Positions 1 through 11,772 of a stretch of DNA of 64,000 nt are shown in pieces. Both the position numbers and the translations under genes were made by a program. Each line of letters opens with the position of its first letter. Position 1 is the first letter of the stretch. This DNA is from Mobula hypostoma. Its lineage: Eukaryota. The DNA lies in NCBI RefSeq assembly GCF_963921235.1, contig NC_086097.1:15562001-15626000 (forward strand), given 5' to 3'. The notes under the pieces are model-generated. The model was not told the origin of the DNA. It was given only the letters and a program-made list of their open reading frames with translations, and did no database searches.

Positions 1-354
1 TAAATGGTGTAAATTAATTAATTTATTTTACTGTATGTGCTCGGAAAGAACTTAACGTTGATTATAAATATTTTAAATACAAGTTTTGCAAGAACGGTTC
101 CTCATCTTGTGCAGGTTCAGCAGATGAAGGCAAAACAGCTTGTCTTGCGCTGGGTCAGCAGCAGGACTGAACACTGGAGAACAGTGACGATGTGTGGGGT
201 CAGCCCCCAACCCAACATGGGTTCCAGCGTGTCTGCCTTACCTCTCTTCCTTCATGTCATGTCTTCTACTTTCATGTAATTTGCCTTCGGGAAAACAGAA
301 ACTATTAGGAAACCTGCTTTAAACCCATCACGATATGAATACCCTATTTTTCAG

Positions 355-548
355 TTGCAGCATATGCGTGATAAGGAGCAGCGTCTGAACCAGGAGTTGC
401 AGCGACTGCGAAACCACTTAATTGAGATAGAAGAATCATACACCAAAGAGGCCTTGACAGCTGAGGACCGAGAGACTGAGCTGAGGAGGAAGATTACCTT
501 TTTGGAGGAGAAGTTGGCATCCTCATCTTGCGCTGTGGAAAGTGCAAG
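355..548 (+). CDS. TRIP11: TRIP11/GMAP-210 internal coding exon (first in window)
   Basis: Acceptor ttttcag|TTG. Encodes [64 protein letters not shown], which matches the TRIP11 coiled coil as I recall it. Donor AG|gtagaa, phase 2. Confidence 0.93.
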
Positions 549-609
549 GTAGAAGTCATCCTTTTTAGAAAATATTAGATTTTGAAATGGTAGTTAAGGT
601 GGATAAGTT

Positions 610-1110
610 TCAGGATTGTTTAATGTCATTTTCAGTATGGAAGTGTAAAGGAGAATAAAATTGTTACTGTAGATCCGATGCAACACAAAAAACACAGTAA
701 GTTAAAGAACATGATAATAAAATAACACAATAAATATAATAACATAAGATAGCTTATGTATGTCCTGTGGCGCTACGTACAGGAGGTGATTCTGTCAGAA
801 AATGATTAAATAGTGGTGGTAGGGGTGTGGAGGGGTGAGTTAGTGGGTAGTGTTCATCAGCCTTATTGCTTGGGGAAAGTAACTTTTATTGAGTTTGGTG
901 GTCCTGGTGTGGATGTTGCGTCGCCTCCTTCCTGATGGGAATGGAACAAACAGTCCTTGAGAAGGTGGGTGGGATTCTTCAGGATGTTATGGGCCTTTTA
1001 GCAGCTTTCTGCATCTATGGCGGGTAGGCTGGTGCCAGTGATACGTTGGGCAGTTTTGACTACCTGTTGGTAGAGCCTTCTGCAGTGCAATTTCCATACC
1101 ACACAGTCAC
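610..1110 (-). mobile_element. Rex1/Babar-type 3' fragment
   Basis: Reverse complement of the RT C-terminus/3' UTR (gaatcccacccacc...ccatcaggaagg...ccccaagcaataaggc), as in 24160-24290. Confidence 0.65.
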
Positions 1111-1804
1111 TTCCTATGACTTCCCTGAGTTGTTCTTCACAATGAATCATTATGAGTCATGTTTTGTATGACATTACTGACCGAAGTGACTTTAGACTTC
1201 TATAGCATGAGATAAGGTCAAACTAAGGTCAGTCAGCCTGCTTATTTTAGCAACAGGTAAGTAAAAAGAAAGAAGGATAATTAATATATCACCTTCCTTA
1301 TACTGCCAGAATAGGCTACCTGTCATACTGCAACATTTCTCTAGTGGTTGGCCTAGATTTATTCCTATGTTTGGTTTCTACAAGATCCAAAATCCCTGAG
1401 ATAGCTCCCAATTTAATCAAGATGGTGAATTCTAGGGATAGTATTCCATAAAGCAGAGGAGAGGCAAATTTGTAAGTTTTGCTTGAAATTTTTAAAAAAG
1501 TTCACATTTTCTTCTGCATCTCAGCAGGCGTATGAATGTAATTAATCCAAACACATTGACAGTTAATAATTAGCTTCATTCTAAATGTGGTACCAACATA
1601 TATTAATCAGGCAGGTTGCTAATGGAAAATTAGTTGCTCTAGTGTCAGATACGATTTATTTTCTGGGAGGCATGGGTGACTACACAGTTACTGTGATGTT
1701 ATGCATATAATTTCACATTTGCTTCCAAGCCATTTTATCTGAAGGCATGTTATTCTTGAACAGTGTACCTTATCATCAGAACACCATACATTTCTTCCCT
1801 ATAG

Positions 1805-1968
1805 CCACCAAGCCAGTCTTCAAGTGGAGTCTTTGCAAGAACAACTTCAGGCCATCACGAAGCAGCGAGACGATACGATGGTGCAGCTGCGTGCCGCTCA
1901 AGAACAAGTGAAGCAGTATGCAATGTCACTGACTAACCTGCAGATGGTGATAGAGCAATTTCAACAGG
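1805..1968 (+). CDS. TRIP11: TRIP11 internal coding exon
   Basis: Acceptor ttcttccctatag|C completes the Ser codon. Encodes [54 protein letters not shown]. Donor G|gtgaga, phase 1. Confidence 0.94.
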
Positions 1969-2139
1969 GTGAGATGTTGCTCAAGCAAAACAAGTGGCTT
2001 AGGAGTAAGCCGAGTCAGATGGATGATTAAGTTTAGATGTTCAGATTTTTACTGCTTCCTTTATACTTCTGTCATTGTGTTTCCAAAGATTGTAATTATT
2101 TGCAACCCGTAGATTTCTGTCAAGATAAGTAAGCAATAA

Positions 2140-2980
2140 GAAAAATCTGGAAACCCAAGCAACACACACAGAAGGCTGGAGGAACTCAGCAGGCCAGGCA
2201 GTATCTAGGTAAAAAAGTAGTCAACATTTTGGGCCGAAATCCTTCAGGAATGGAGAAAAAAAGATGAGGGATAGATTTAAAAGGCAGGAGGAGAGGAGAA
2301 AGAAACGCCGGAAATCCGAGAAATCGATGTTCATACCATCAGGATGGAGGCTACCCAGATGGAATATAGGGTGTTGTTCCTTCAACCTGATTGTGGTCTC
2401 ATCGCAACAGTAGAGGAGGCCATGGATTGACATATCAGAATGGGAATGGGAAGTGGAATTAAAATGGGTGGCCACTGGGAGATCCCACTTCTGACGGACA
2501 GAGCGTAGGTGCTTGGTGAAACAGTCTCCCAGTATACGTTGGGTCTCGCCAACACACAGGAGGCCACACAGGGAGCACTGGACACAGTATATGACCCAAC
2601 AGACTCACAGGTGGTGTCGCCTCATCTGGAAGGACTGTTTGGGGCCCTAAATGGTAGTGAGGGAGGAGGTGTAGGGGCAGGTGTGGCACTTGATCTACTT
2701 GCAAGGATAAGTGCCAGGAGGGAGATCAGTGGGGAGAGACGAATGGACAAGGGAGTCCCGCAGGGGTCACTCCCTACGCAGAGCAGAAAGTGGGTGGGGG
2801 GAGGGAGAGATCCGCTTGGCGGTGGGATCCCGTTGGAGATGGCGGATGTTCTGGAGAATTATGTACTGGGCGCAGAGGCTGGTGAGGTGGTAGGTGAGGA
2901 CAAGAGGAACCCTATCCCTGGTAGGGTCGTGCGAGGATGGGGTAAGAGCAGATGTGCATGAAATGGAAGAGATGCAGTTG
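2140..2980 (-). mobile_element. 5'-truncated Penelope-like element (GIY-YIG part plus terminus)
   Basis: ORF 2221-2475 ATHFNSTSHSHSDMSIHGLL...PDGMNIDFS is nearly identical to the C-terminus of ORF 8319-8972. Same terminus (caacacacacagaaggctggaggaactcagcaggccagg). Confidence 0.88.
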
Positions 2981-3139
2981 ATTCAATATCTTTTATTCCC
3001 CTTGAACTTCACTCTGATACAAATTGACCTTCGTACTGAACCAATGTTCTGCTTTCTAGATGACAGATGTTGTAAATGGCAAAACTATAAGATTGGCATT
3101 TGAGTTAGAACCAAATAAACACTTAGATAACAAGGTATT

Positions 3140-3460
3140 CCAATAGTGGGAGAGTCTAGGATCAGAGGGGGCACAGACTCCGATTAGAAGGGCTTCCCTT
3201 TACGGGAGGTGAGGACAAATTTCTTTAATCAGAGGGTGGTAAATCTGTGGAATTCATTGCTACAGATGGCTGTGGAGGCCAAGTCTTAGGATATATTTAA
3301 AGTGGAGGTCAATAGATACTTGATTAGTAAGGGGGTCAAGGGTTACGAGAAGAAGGCAGGAGAACAGGTTTGAGAAAGATAATAAACCAGCCATGACTGA
3401 ATGTCGGAGCAGTTTTTATGGGCCGAATGGCCTAATTCTGCTCCTATATCTGATCATCTT
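3140..3460 (+). mobile_element. CR1-clade LINE 3' end
   Basis: cagagggtggtaaatctgtggaattc...atgggccgaatggcctaattctgctcctatatct tail. Confidence 0.75.
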
Positions 3461-4521
3461 ATTACTTTGTAGCATCTAGCCTGGAGCCTTATGTCATGGT
3501 GTTTCAAGGGCTCATGTAAATTCTTAATTGTTCTGAGATTGTCTGGTTCCAGCATCCCTCAGGCAGTGATTTCAGCCATACTCTGGATTCGGGCGGGGGG
3601 CGGGGGTGTTATAAAATAGTCCTAGGATCTCCTCTAACTCTCCAACTCTTCAACTTAAGCCTATGTCCTCTGGCTATTGGTCATCTGGTATGGGTGAAAG
3701 TTATTTGCTATCTATTTTATTTATGCCCCTCTTAATTTTTTAATATTTCGGATAGTTTCTGTGTGTTCCCACACCCCCAGTCTTCTGTAAGGGAAACAAA
3801 CCTATTGTATTTGCTCCTCATGGTTAAAGAAGGCAAATGTCTGGCGAATCTCCTCTGCACCCTATCCAGTGCAATCGCCTGCTTCCTATGGAATAAAAAA
3901 CAAGCTGCACACAGTGCTACAGCTGTGACCGAGCTAGTATTCTCTATAGCGGGGGGGGGCACTGACCCCTCAGTTAATAGTAAGGGTCCACGGCACCAAA
4001 AAATGTTGGGAATTCCTGCTCTATAGTTATACTATAACCCTGCTGTTACATTTCTGGCTATAGTTAATGAATGCAGGTGTCCTGTATACCACCTTAACCA
4101 CCTATGCTGTTGTTTTCGGTGAGTTTTGCATTTCATCCTTTGTACACTAAGGTCTATTACTGAGTACTTTGTAGGATCCAATTCATTGTGTACTTCCTTG
4201 CCTATTCTATCAAAATGCCTCACCCCATACTTTCCAGGATTAAGTCGCATCAACATAGTAATATCATTCTGTAGTTGAAGACTAGCATTCTTACTATCAA
4301 CATCAGCAGTTTTCATGAAATGTGCAATTTTATTAAATGCATTTGTACATTTACATGTACATTGTTAATGTATATAAAATAATGTTTTAGTGTGAACTCA
4401 TTTGGAGATATCCATTTGAATCTACATATAAGAGATCCTACAAATGCTGGAAATCCAGTGCAACCCACATGAAATTCTGGAGGAACCCAGCAGGTCAGGC
4501 AGCATCTATGGAGAGGAATAA

Positions 4522-4560
4522 AGAGTTGACATTTCGGGCTGAGACCCTTCATCAGATTCT
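4522..4560 (-). ncRNA. Minimal type I hammerhead ribozyme motif in a solo Penelope terminus (4435-4560)
   Basis: Minus strand reads AGAAT CTGATGA A GGG TCTCAG CCC GAAA T GTC AACTCT. CUGAUGA and GAAA core boxes, stem II GGG/CCC and the GUC triplet are present. Stem I is imperfect. Confidence 0.7.
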
Positions 4561-5950
4561 ACAGTTGGTAACAGAAATAAATGTCTTACTGATAGCTTAA
4601 CTGAAATGAGTAAACCATCTTGGTTTGCTTCTCAACAGGATTAGATCATGGCATAAAAGTCATTTTGCAAATTGTGTTTCTTGACCTTGAGTGTATTGTA
4701 TTGTTGGGTGATGGGAAAAGAACATTTCTGGTCATACAGCTGGTGTAGTACCTTGCCAGTAAAATCATTTACAATGAGTACCATGAGTGAAAAGCTGCGT
4801 AATATTTATGAAGGTGAGTTTGGAAACAGAATGGACAATAATAAATAAATGATCTATGGTAATTGTAATGCTTGTAAACAAGAAATATTTCAACGATGTA
4901 GTCATATAGTGTAGAATCAAAGCATCAACACATCGCACAGATGTCACTCCATTTTTTCTTGTTATGTACAATCAGAAATTGCCCCCCCCCCACCCCGAAG
5001 TGTGAGTATGATTGTTATATTAACAGCAGGGAAGGTTTGATATCTGTTGCTGGAGTTAGAATATAGTTAAAATCTGTCAAAAACACATTAAATTGGTGTA
5101 ATGAGGCGGTTAGAAGGTAGTTGCAATATAATATGGCTAAGCAGGGAACCATTATTTCCATAAAAACATGTTAATTAGTGGATAAACAGTAAGGCACAGA
5201 ACATAAGTTGTGAAAATGCAATTACTGATCGATCAGACCATGGGATTTAGTAACAGGGCACATACAGTATATACTTGTAAGAAGTTTCTTACAGCCTAGA
5301 GAAAATGTAGCAAAGCAAGTTTAGGATTTAGTGTCAAGGCAGGGATTAATTTCTAATTTACATAGTGTAAGAGAATGAAGGATACACACTTTGTACGTGA
5401 AGTTTTTGCAATAAAGACTATGGTTGAGATAGAAAATCACAGTGCAGAAGAAAATTGTACATGAAACTAAAGAAAATGCAGGGTTGATAGAAGGCTGAAG
5501 TTTGTTTTTGCCGATGGAAGCATGATGGCCTGAATGTCTTACATCTGTGCCATTCACTTCTATGGTTCTCCGCATTTCCTGATTGCATCACTCTAAACAA
5601 GGACTATTAGTTTTCTTTCCTTTCATTACTATCCCGTGAGGTTTTGAAGCCAAATATAGGATCAATGGTATCTCTCTGACTGGGGTCAGTTAATTCATTG
5701 CAAAGCAGGCCTGGAATATTTATCCTTTTTGTTTTAATTCAGAATATTTTGGTCAACAAAATATTTAAAATTTTCTTCCATGATGTTTTTTCCCATTTTT
5801 TTGTGTGACAGCTTGCTAGATGTCTTTCAATTTCTTTTAATAATCAGAGCTATATTTCTAGTCTTGCAGTATAGTAATAAATTGTATGCTAATAATGTAG
5901 ATAGCTTTGCTCATTCTATGTCCATGTATATTTTCTGTGCCAACATGCAG

Positions 5951-6054
5951 AGGAGAAAGCGATGTATGCAACTGAGCTGGAGAGATATCAGAAGGAAATT
6001 GCAGAGTGGAAAAAGAAAGCATTAAGTCTTGAGAAAAGAGTCACAGAATTAGAG
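5951..6054 (+). CDS. TRIP11: TRIP11 internal coding exon
   Basis: Acceptor catgcag|AG. Encodes EEKAMYATELERYQKEIAEWKKKALSLEKRVTELE. Donor GAG|gtaagg, phase 0. Confidence 0.92.
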
Positions 6055-7907
6055 GTAAGGGAAAAATTTGTCAGCATTTTTTGACCAGTTTCAAGTATAA
6101 TAATGTTATGCAATAGTTAGTGAGTTTATCTGTGATTTACCACTGGCTATTTTGTGATATCCGACATCAGTGATGTCCTGCATTGCCTGATGCCTTAGGT
6201 CACAGAATGTTTACTTTTCTAACAATCTGTTTGCTTTCACTAAACGTGAAAGTTCAATGGCAGTTTCAGCTTGTATTTTTCTGAAATTCATAGCTGTTGA
6301 CTTCATTGAAGCTGAATTTCAGAAAAGCAAAGCAATTCATATGTATGATTAAATATGTGCTTTTAGTGTTACCAATGAAAGGCTGATTTCTCCACCAAAG
6401 TGTTTAGCAGCAATTATTTAAGCCTTGTGTTCAGTTTGTGCACTCACATCAGTGATATCTGACCCTAAATAGGTTTATTGCCTTGTTAACCATTACAAAA
6501 TGTCAAACTAATCCTTGGATTCAGCTTTAAGTAATTGTTAAATGCAAACATTTGTTTTGATTGATGAAATTCTGCCAAGGTTATATTGAGTTATTTTATA
6601 AAATGTTTTATCCAGATATTATAATCATAATTTATTAATTACACTGTGGGTTGAATTTAATTGATTATTCCACTGGGACTTTATCCATTAGATCCTTTAG
6701 AGTAGCCTCACCAGTGAAAAATTTCGATGTTGCGCCATGTAATACATCGAAATGTCATTGATATAAAGCTGTGTGGGAGGATTCCTGGGAGGGAGACACC
6801 AAGTATGCTTAGGCAATGAAGGAGAGAGTACATTGTGGAAATTATGAGGCTATTCACTTTTGGAAGAATACAGAAATATTTTACATAGAGCATTACAGCA
6901 CAGCATAGGCTCTCTAGCTCACGATGTTGTGCTGACCTTTTAACCTGCTCTAAGATCAATCTAACCCTCCCCTCCTACAAGACCCTGCATTTTCCTATTG
7001 TCCATGCGCCTATCTAAGAGTTCACAGAATTAGGCCATTCAGGCCATCAAGTCTGCTCCACCATTCCATCATGGCTGATCCTGGATCTCACACAACCCCA
7101 TACATCTGCCTTCTCGCCATATCCTTTGATACCCTGACCGATCAGGAAACGATCAACTTCTGCCTTAAATATACGCATGGACGTGGCCTCCACCGCAGTA
7201 TGTGGTAGAACATTCCACAGATTTACGACTCTCTGGCTAAAAAATTCCTCCTTACCTCTGTTCTGAAGGGTTGCCCTTCAATTTCGAGGCTGTGCTCTCT
7301 AGTTCTGGATACCCCCACCACAGAAAACATCCTCTTCACATCCATCCTATCTAGTCCTTTCAACATTCGGTGGGTTTCAATGAGATCCCCACAAACTTGT
7401 CTAAATTCCAGTCAGTACAGGCCTAAAGCTGCCAAATGCTTCTCATACATTAACCTCTTAATTCCCGGAATCATCCTCGTGGATCTCCTCTGGACTGTCT
7501 CTAATGACAGCACATCCTTTCTGAGATATGGGGCTCAAAACTTAACGATACTCTGAGTGTGGTCTGACTAGTGTCTTATAAAGGCTCAGCGTTATCTCCT
7601 TGTTCTTATATTCTGTTTCCCTTGCAATAAATGTCAACATTGTATTTGCTTTTTTTTAACCGCAGACTCAAGCTGAAAATTAACCTTCTGGGAGTCTTGC
7701 ATGAGGACTCCTAAGCCCCTTTGCACCTCTGATGTTTGAATCTTCTTTCCATTTAGATAATAGTCCGCATAATTGTTCCTTTTACCAAAGTGAGTTATCA
7801 TACATTTCCCAACACTGTATTCCATCTGCCAGTTTTTTTGCCTTTTCTTCCAACTTGTCTAAGTCCTGCTGCAATTGCATTGCTTCTTCAGCACTTCCTG
7901 TCCCTCT

Positions 7908-8258
7908 AGCAACACACACAAAATGCTGGTGAATGCAGCAGGCCAGGCAGCATCTATAGGAAGAGGTACACTCGACATTTCCGGCCAAGACCCTTCATCA
8001 GGACTAACTGAAAGAAGAGATAGTAAGAGATTTGAAAGTGGGAGGGGGAGGGGGAGATCAGAAATGACAGGAGAAGACAGGAGGGAGAGGGGTGGAGCTA
8101 AGAACTGGAAAGTTGATTGGCAAAAGGGATATGAGGCTGGAGAAGGGAGAGGATCATGGGATGGGAAGCCTGGGGAGAAAGAAAGGGGGAGGGGGGAAGC
8201 CCAGAGGATGGGCAAGGGGTATAGTGAGAGGGACAGAGGGAGAAAAAGGAGAGAGAGG
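7908..8258 (-). repeat. Penelope 3' pLTR copy
   Basis: Aligns by eye along its length with 11424-11772 (agcaacacacacaaaa...gcatctataggaagaggtaca...ggaaagttgattggcaaaagggatatgaggctggagaagggagaggatcatggga...). Confidence 0.92.
7969..8005 (-). ncRNA. Minimal type I hammerhead ribozyme motif in the 3' pLTR
   Basis: Minus strand reads AGTC CTGATGA AGGGTCTTGGCCG GAAA T GTC GAGT. Confidence 0.7.
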
Positions 8259-8318
8259 AAAAAAAATTAATAATGAATAAATAAAATAACGGATGGGGTA
8301 CGAAGGGGAGGTGGGGCA

Positions 8319-11300
8319 TTAATGGAAGTTAGAGAAGTCAATGTTCATGCCATCAGGTTGGAGGCTACCCAGACGGAATATAAGGTGTTGTTCCTCCAAC
8401 CTGAGTGTGGCTTCATCTTTACAGTAGAGGAAGCAGTGGATAGACATATCAGAATGGGAATGGGACGTGGAATTAAAATGTGTGGCCACTGGGAGATGCT
8501 GCTTTCTCTGGCGGGCAGAGCGTAGGTGTTCAGCGAAACGGTCTCCCAGTCTGCGTTGGGTCTCACCAATATATAGAAGGCCGCATCGGGAGCACCAGAC
8601 GCAGTATAAGACACCAGCCGACTCACAGGTGAAGTGTCGCCTCACCTTGAAGGACTGTCTGGGGCCCTGAATGGTGGTGAGGAAGGAAGTGTAAGGGCAT
8701 GTGTAGCATTTGTTCCGCTTACAAGGATAAGTACCGGGAGGGAGATCGGTGGGAAGGGATGGGGGGAACGAATGGACAAGGGAGTCGCGTGGGGACGATC
8801 CCTGCGGAAAGCGGGGGGATGGAGGGAAAGATGTGTTTAGTGTTGGGACCCCGTTGGAAGTGGCGGAAGTTACGGACCTGGAGGCTGGTGGGGTGGTAGG
8901 TGAGGACAAGGGGAACCCTATTCCTAGTGGGGTGGCGTGAGAGCAGATGTGTGTGAAATGGGAGAGATGCATTTGAGAGCAGAGTTGATGGTGGAGGAAG
9001 GGAAGCCCCCTTCTTTAAAAAAGGAGGGCATCTACCCAGACTCGATGGGCCGAATGGCTGACTTCTGCTCCTTTGTCTTATGGTCCTGGAATGAAAAGCC
9101 TCATCTTGAGAGCAGATGTGGCAGAGATGGAGGAATTGCGAGAAGGGGATGGCATTTTTGCAAGCGACAGGGTGGGAAGAGGAATAGCCCAGGTAGCTGT
9201 GAGAGTCCGTAGGCTTATAGTAAACATCAGTAGATAAGCTGTCTCCAGAGGTAGAGACAGAAAGATCATGAAAGGGGAGGGAGGTGTCGGAAATGGACCA
9301 GGTAAACTTGAGGGCAGGGTGAAAGTTGGAGGCAAAGTTAATGAAGTCAATGAACTCAGCATGCGTGCAGGAAGCAGCGCCAATGCAGTCATTGATGTAG
9401 TGAAGGAACAGTGGGGGACAGATACCAGTATAGGCTTGGAACATGGATTGTTCCACAAAGCCAACGAAAAGGCAGGCATAGCTGGGACCTATATGGGTGC
9501 CCATGGCTACACCTTTAGTTTGGAGGAAGTGGGAGGAGCCAAAGGAGAAATTATTAAGAGTAAGGACCAATTCTGCTAGATGGAGCAGAGTGGTGGTAGA
9601 GGGGAACTGATTAGGTCTGGAATCCAAAAAGAAGCGGAGAGCTTTGAGACCTTCCTGGTGGGGCATGGAGGTATATAGGGACTGGACATCCATAGTGAAA
9701 ATAAAGTGCCAGGGAACTTAAAATCATCGAAAAAATTTAAAGCATGGGAAGTGTCACGAACATAGGTAGGAAGGGATTGAACAAGGGGGGATAAAACAGT
9801 GTCGAGGTATGCAGAAAAGAGTTCGGTGGTGCAGGAGCAAGCTGAGACAATAGGTCTACCTGGACAGGCAGGTTTGTGGATCTTGGGTAGGAGGTAGAAA
9901 CAGGAAGTGCGGGGTGTGGGAACTATAAGCTTGGTAGCAGTGGATGGGAGATCCCCCTGTGGATAAAGTTGGTGATGGTGTGGGAGACAATGGCCTGGTG
10001 CTCCTTAGTGGGATCATGATCGAGGGGTAAATAAGAGGAGGTATCCGCGAGTTGTTGCTGTACATTGGCAAGGTAGAGGTCAGTACGCCAGACTATAACA
10101 GCACCCCCCTTATCGGCGGGCGGGTTTTATAGTAAGGTTAGGATTAGTGCGGAGGGAGTGGAGAGCAGAGCGTTCGGAAGGAGTGAGGTTGGAATGGGAG
10201 CAAGGTGTGGTGAAGTCGAGACAGTTGATGTCCCGTCAGCAGTTAGCAATAAAGAGATCCAGAGCGGGGTGTCCATGAAGAGGAGGAGGGTTGAAGACCG
10301 GAGAAGGGGTCATTGGTGGTGGTGGGAGAGTCTTTGCTGAAGAAGTAGGCTCGAAGATGGAGCCAGAGGAAGAAGAGTTCCGCATCATGGTGAACACGGA
10401 ACTCGCTGAGGTGTGGGCAAAGGTGTGGCCCTTACTGAGGACAGAGCGCTCTGCCTCAGACAGTTGAAGGTCAGAGGGGATGGTAAAGACCTGGCATGGA
10501 TGAGAGCTGGGATCAGAGGGGGGAGGGGGAGGGCTGGTTGCGACACTGGAGAGGGGAGGGTTGGGGTGAGAGGACGATGGAACCTCCGAGGACCCAGGAG
10601 TAGATGATGGAATGTGAGAGAGACGGGGTTGCAGAGTGGTGGTGGGGGAATGGGAGACGGGAGTCACAAGAGCAGCACGTGAAGACAGGGCCTGGAGTTC
10701 AAGGCTGGAGTCGCAATTGGTGGTTGCGCAATCACTTTGAAGGTGTCCATGGTTGTTGCTGGAGTCCGGGTTTTGAATATGCCCTGGGTTGCTGGAGCCA
10801 GCGAGATCAATGGCGGGGGCCGCAATCTGAAGTTCATGCCTGCTAGCGTCGGGGCCAGCAGGCTCTGGGGTCTGCAGATGTAAGATCTTGCGATCCTTGC
10901 CTAACATGACAAAGTCAAAAAAACAGCGATTGTAGGTATGGATCCAATGGAAGATGAAATAATGGGGAGGTCCATTACAGACAGCCAAGAAAGTGTCCCG
11001 AAGGTGTGGAAGGATCTGGGATAGGGACGCCAAATACCTCCTCATGGCGGAGAGGGTCGCCTTCAGAGCTTGATGGGAGAAGCGACAGGAGGCAGAGACA
11101 ATAAAATGTGAGTACCTGGGATCCTCAGAAGGTCCAAATTGAGAGGCTCGAAAATGAATCCTAAAGCCAACTGGAGGAAGTTGGCGGTGGAGACACGTTC
11201 CAAGGAAGGATATACTGCTGCAATAGCGAGTCTGAGTTAAAATGTGGTGGAAAAGTTGAAGGGCCGAAGAAGTTATAGATGGGGAGCAGAGAGAGATGGT

Positions 11301-11351
11301 TTCACTGAACTCCCGTCGAAGAGAAGATTTAAATCTCTTCAGTGTAGGCAT
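8319..11351 (-). pseudogene. Penelope-like RT-GIY-YIG ORF, disrupted
   Basis: One ancestral ORF (ATG at 11351 on the minus strand) broken by frameshifts, a YIDD to YIND change and a ~50-bp CR1-tail insertion near 9037-9085. Confidence 0.85.
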
Positions 11352-11384
11352 CACCAGAAGAGGCTTCACAGTAGTGAATTTAAA

Positions 11385-11772
11385 AACGCAAATACGAGGA
11401 AATCTGCAGATGCTGGAATTTCAAGCAACACACACAAAAGCTTCTGGTACATGCAGCAGGTCAGGTAGCATCTATAGGAAGAGGTACAGTCGACATTTCG
11501 GGCCAAGACCCTTTGTCAGGATTAACTGAAAGAAGAGATTGTAAGAGATTTAAAAGTGGGGGGGCGGTGGAGATCAGAAATGATAGAAGACAGGAGGAGG
11601 AGGAATAGAGCTAAGAGCTGGAAAGTTGATTGGCAAAAGGGATATGAGGCTGGAGAAGGGAGAGGATCATGGGACGGGAGGCGTAAGGAGAAAGAAACGG
11701 GGAGGGGGGAAGCCCAGAGGATGGGCAAGGAGTATAGTGAGAAGGACAGAGGGAGAAAAAGGAGAGAGAGAG
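11385..11772 (-). repeat. Penelope 5' pLTR copy
   Basis: Direct repeat of 7908-8258 plus about 40 extra nt (11385-11423, aatctgcagatgctggaatttc) next to the ORF start. Confidence 0.9.
11487..11523 (-). ncRNA. Hammerhead motif in the 5' pLTR (core mutated)
   Basis: Minus strand reads ATC CTGACAA AGGG TCTTGG CCC GAAA T GTC GACTG. The CUGANGA box carries a G to A change. Confidence 0.6.

Larger units (their letters stand above)
7908..11772 (-). mobile_element. Near full-length Penelope-like retroelement (Neptune-like, RT + GIY-YIG), frameshifted, with direct terminal repeats (pLTRs)
   Basis: Minus-strand ORF pieces give the N-terminal domain and LSEAERSVLSKG (10236-11369), RT motifs MDVQSLYT, QTKGVAMGT and YINDC (8719-9693), and a Cys linker plus GIY-YIG CKRNKCYTC...VLYCVWCSRCGLLYIGETQRRLGDRFAEH (8319-8972). 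About 350-bp direct repeats at both ends. Confidence 0.92.

Noticed and set aside
353..360. Alternative in-frame acceptor (cagTTGCAG) skipping two codons
   Set aside because: Possible, but nothing in the sequence supports its use, and the upstream AG directly follows the pyrimidine tract.
7875..8270. Arg/Gly/Glu-rich ORFs here and at 11556-11870
   Set aside because: They are antisense readings of the purine-rich pLTR, and their similarity just reflects the repeat.
8719..9693. RT next to a nuclease and structured RNA as a retron-, telomerase- or group II intron-like system
   Set aside because: The motifs, the C-terminal GIY-YIG and the pLTRs are fully explained by a Penelope-like retroelement.
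10236..11369. 377-aa ORF as an independent gene
   Set aside because: It is the N-terminal part of the frameshifted Penelope ORF and leads into the LS..E..VLSKG motif before the RT.
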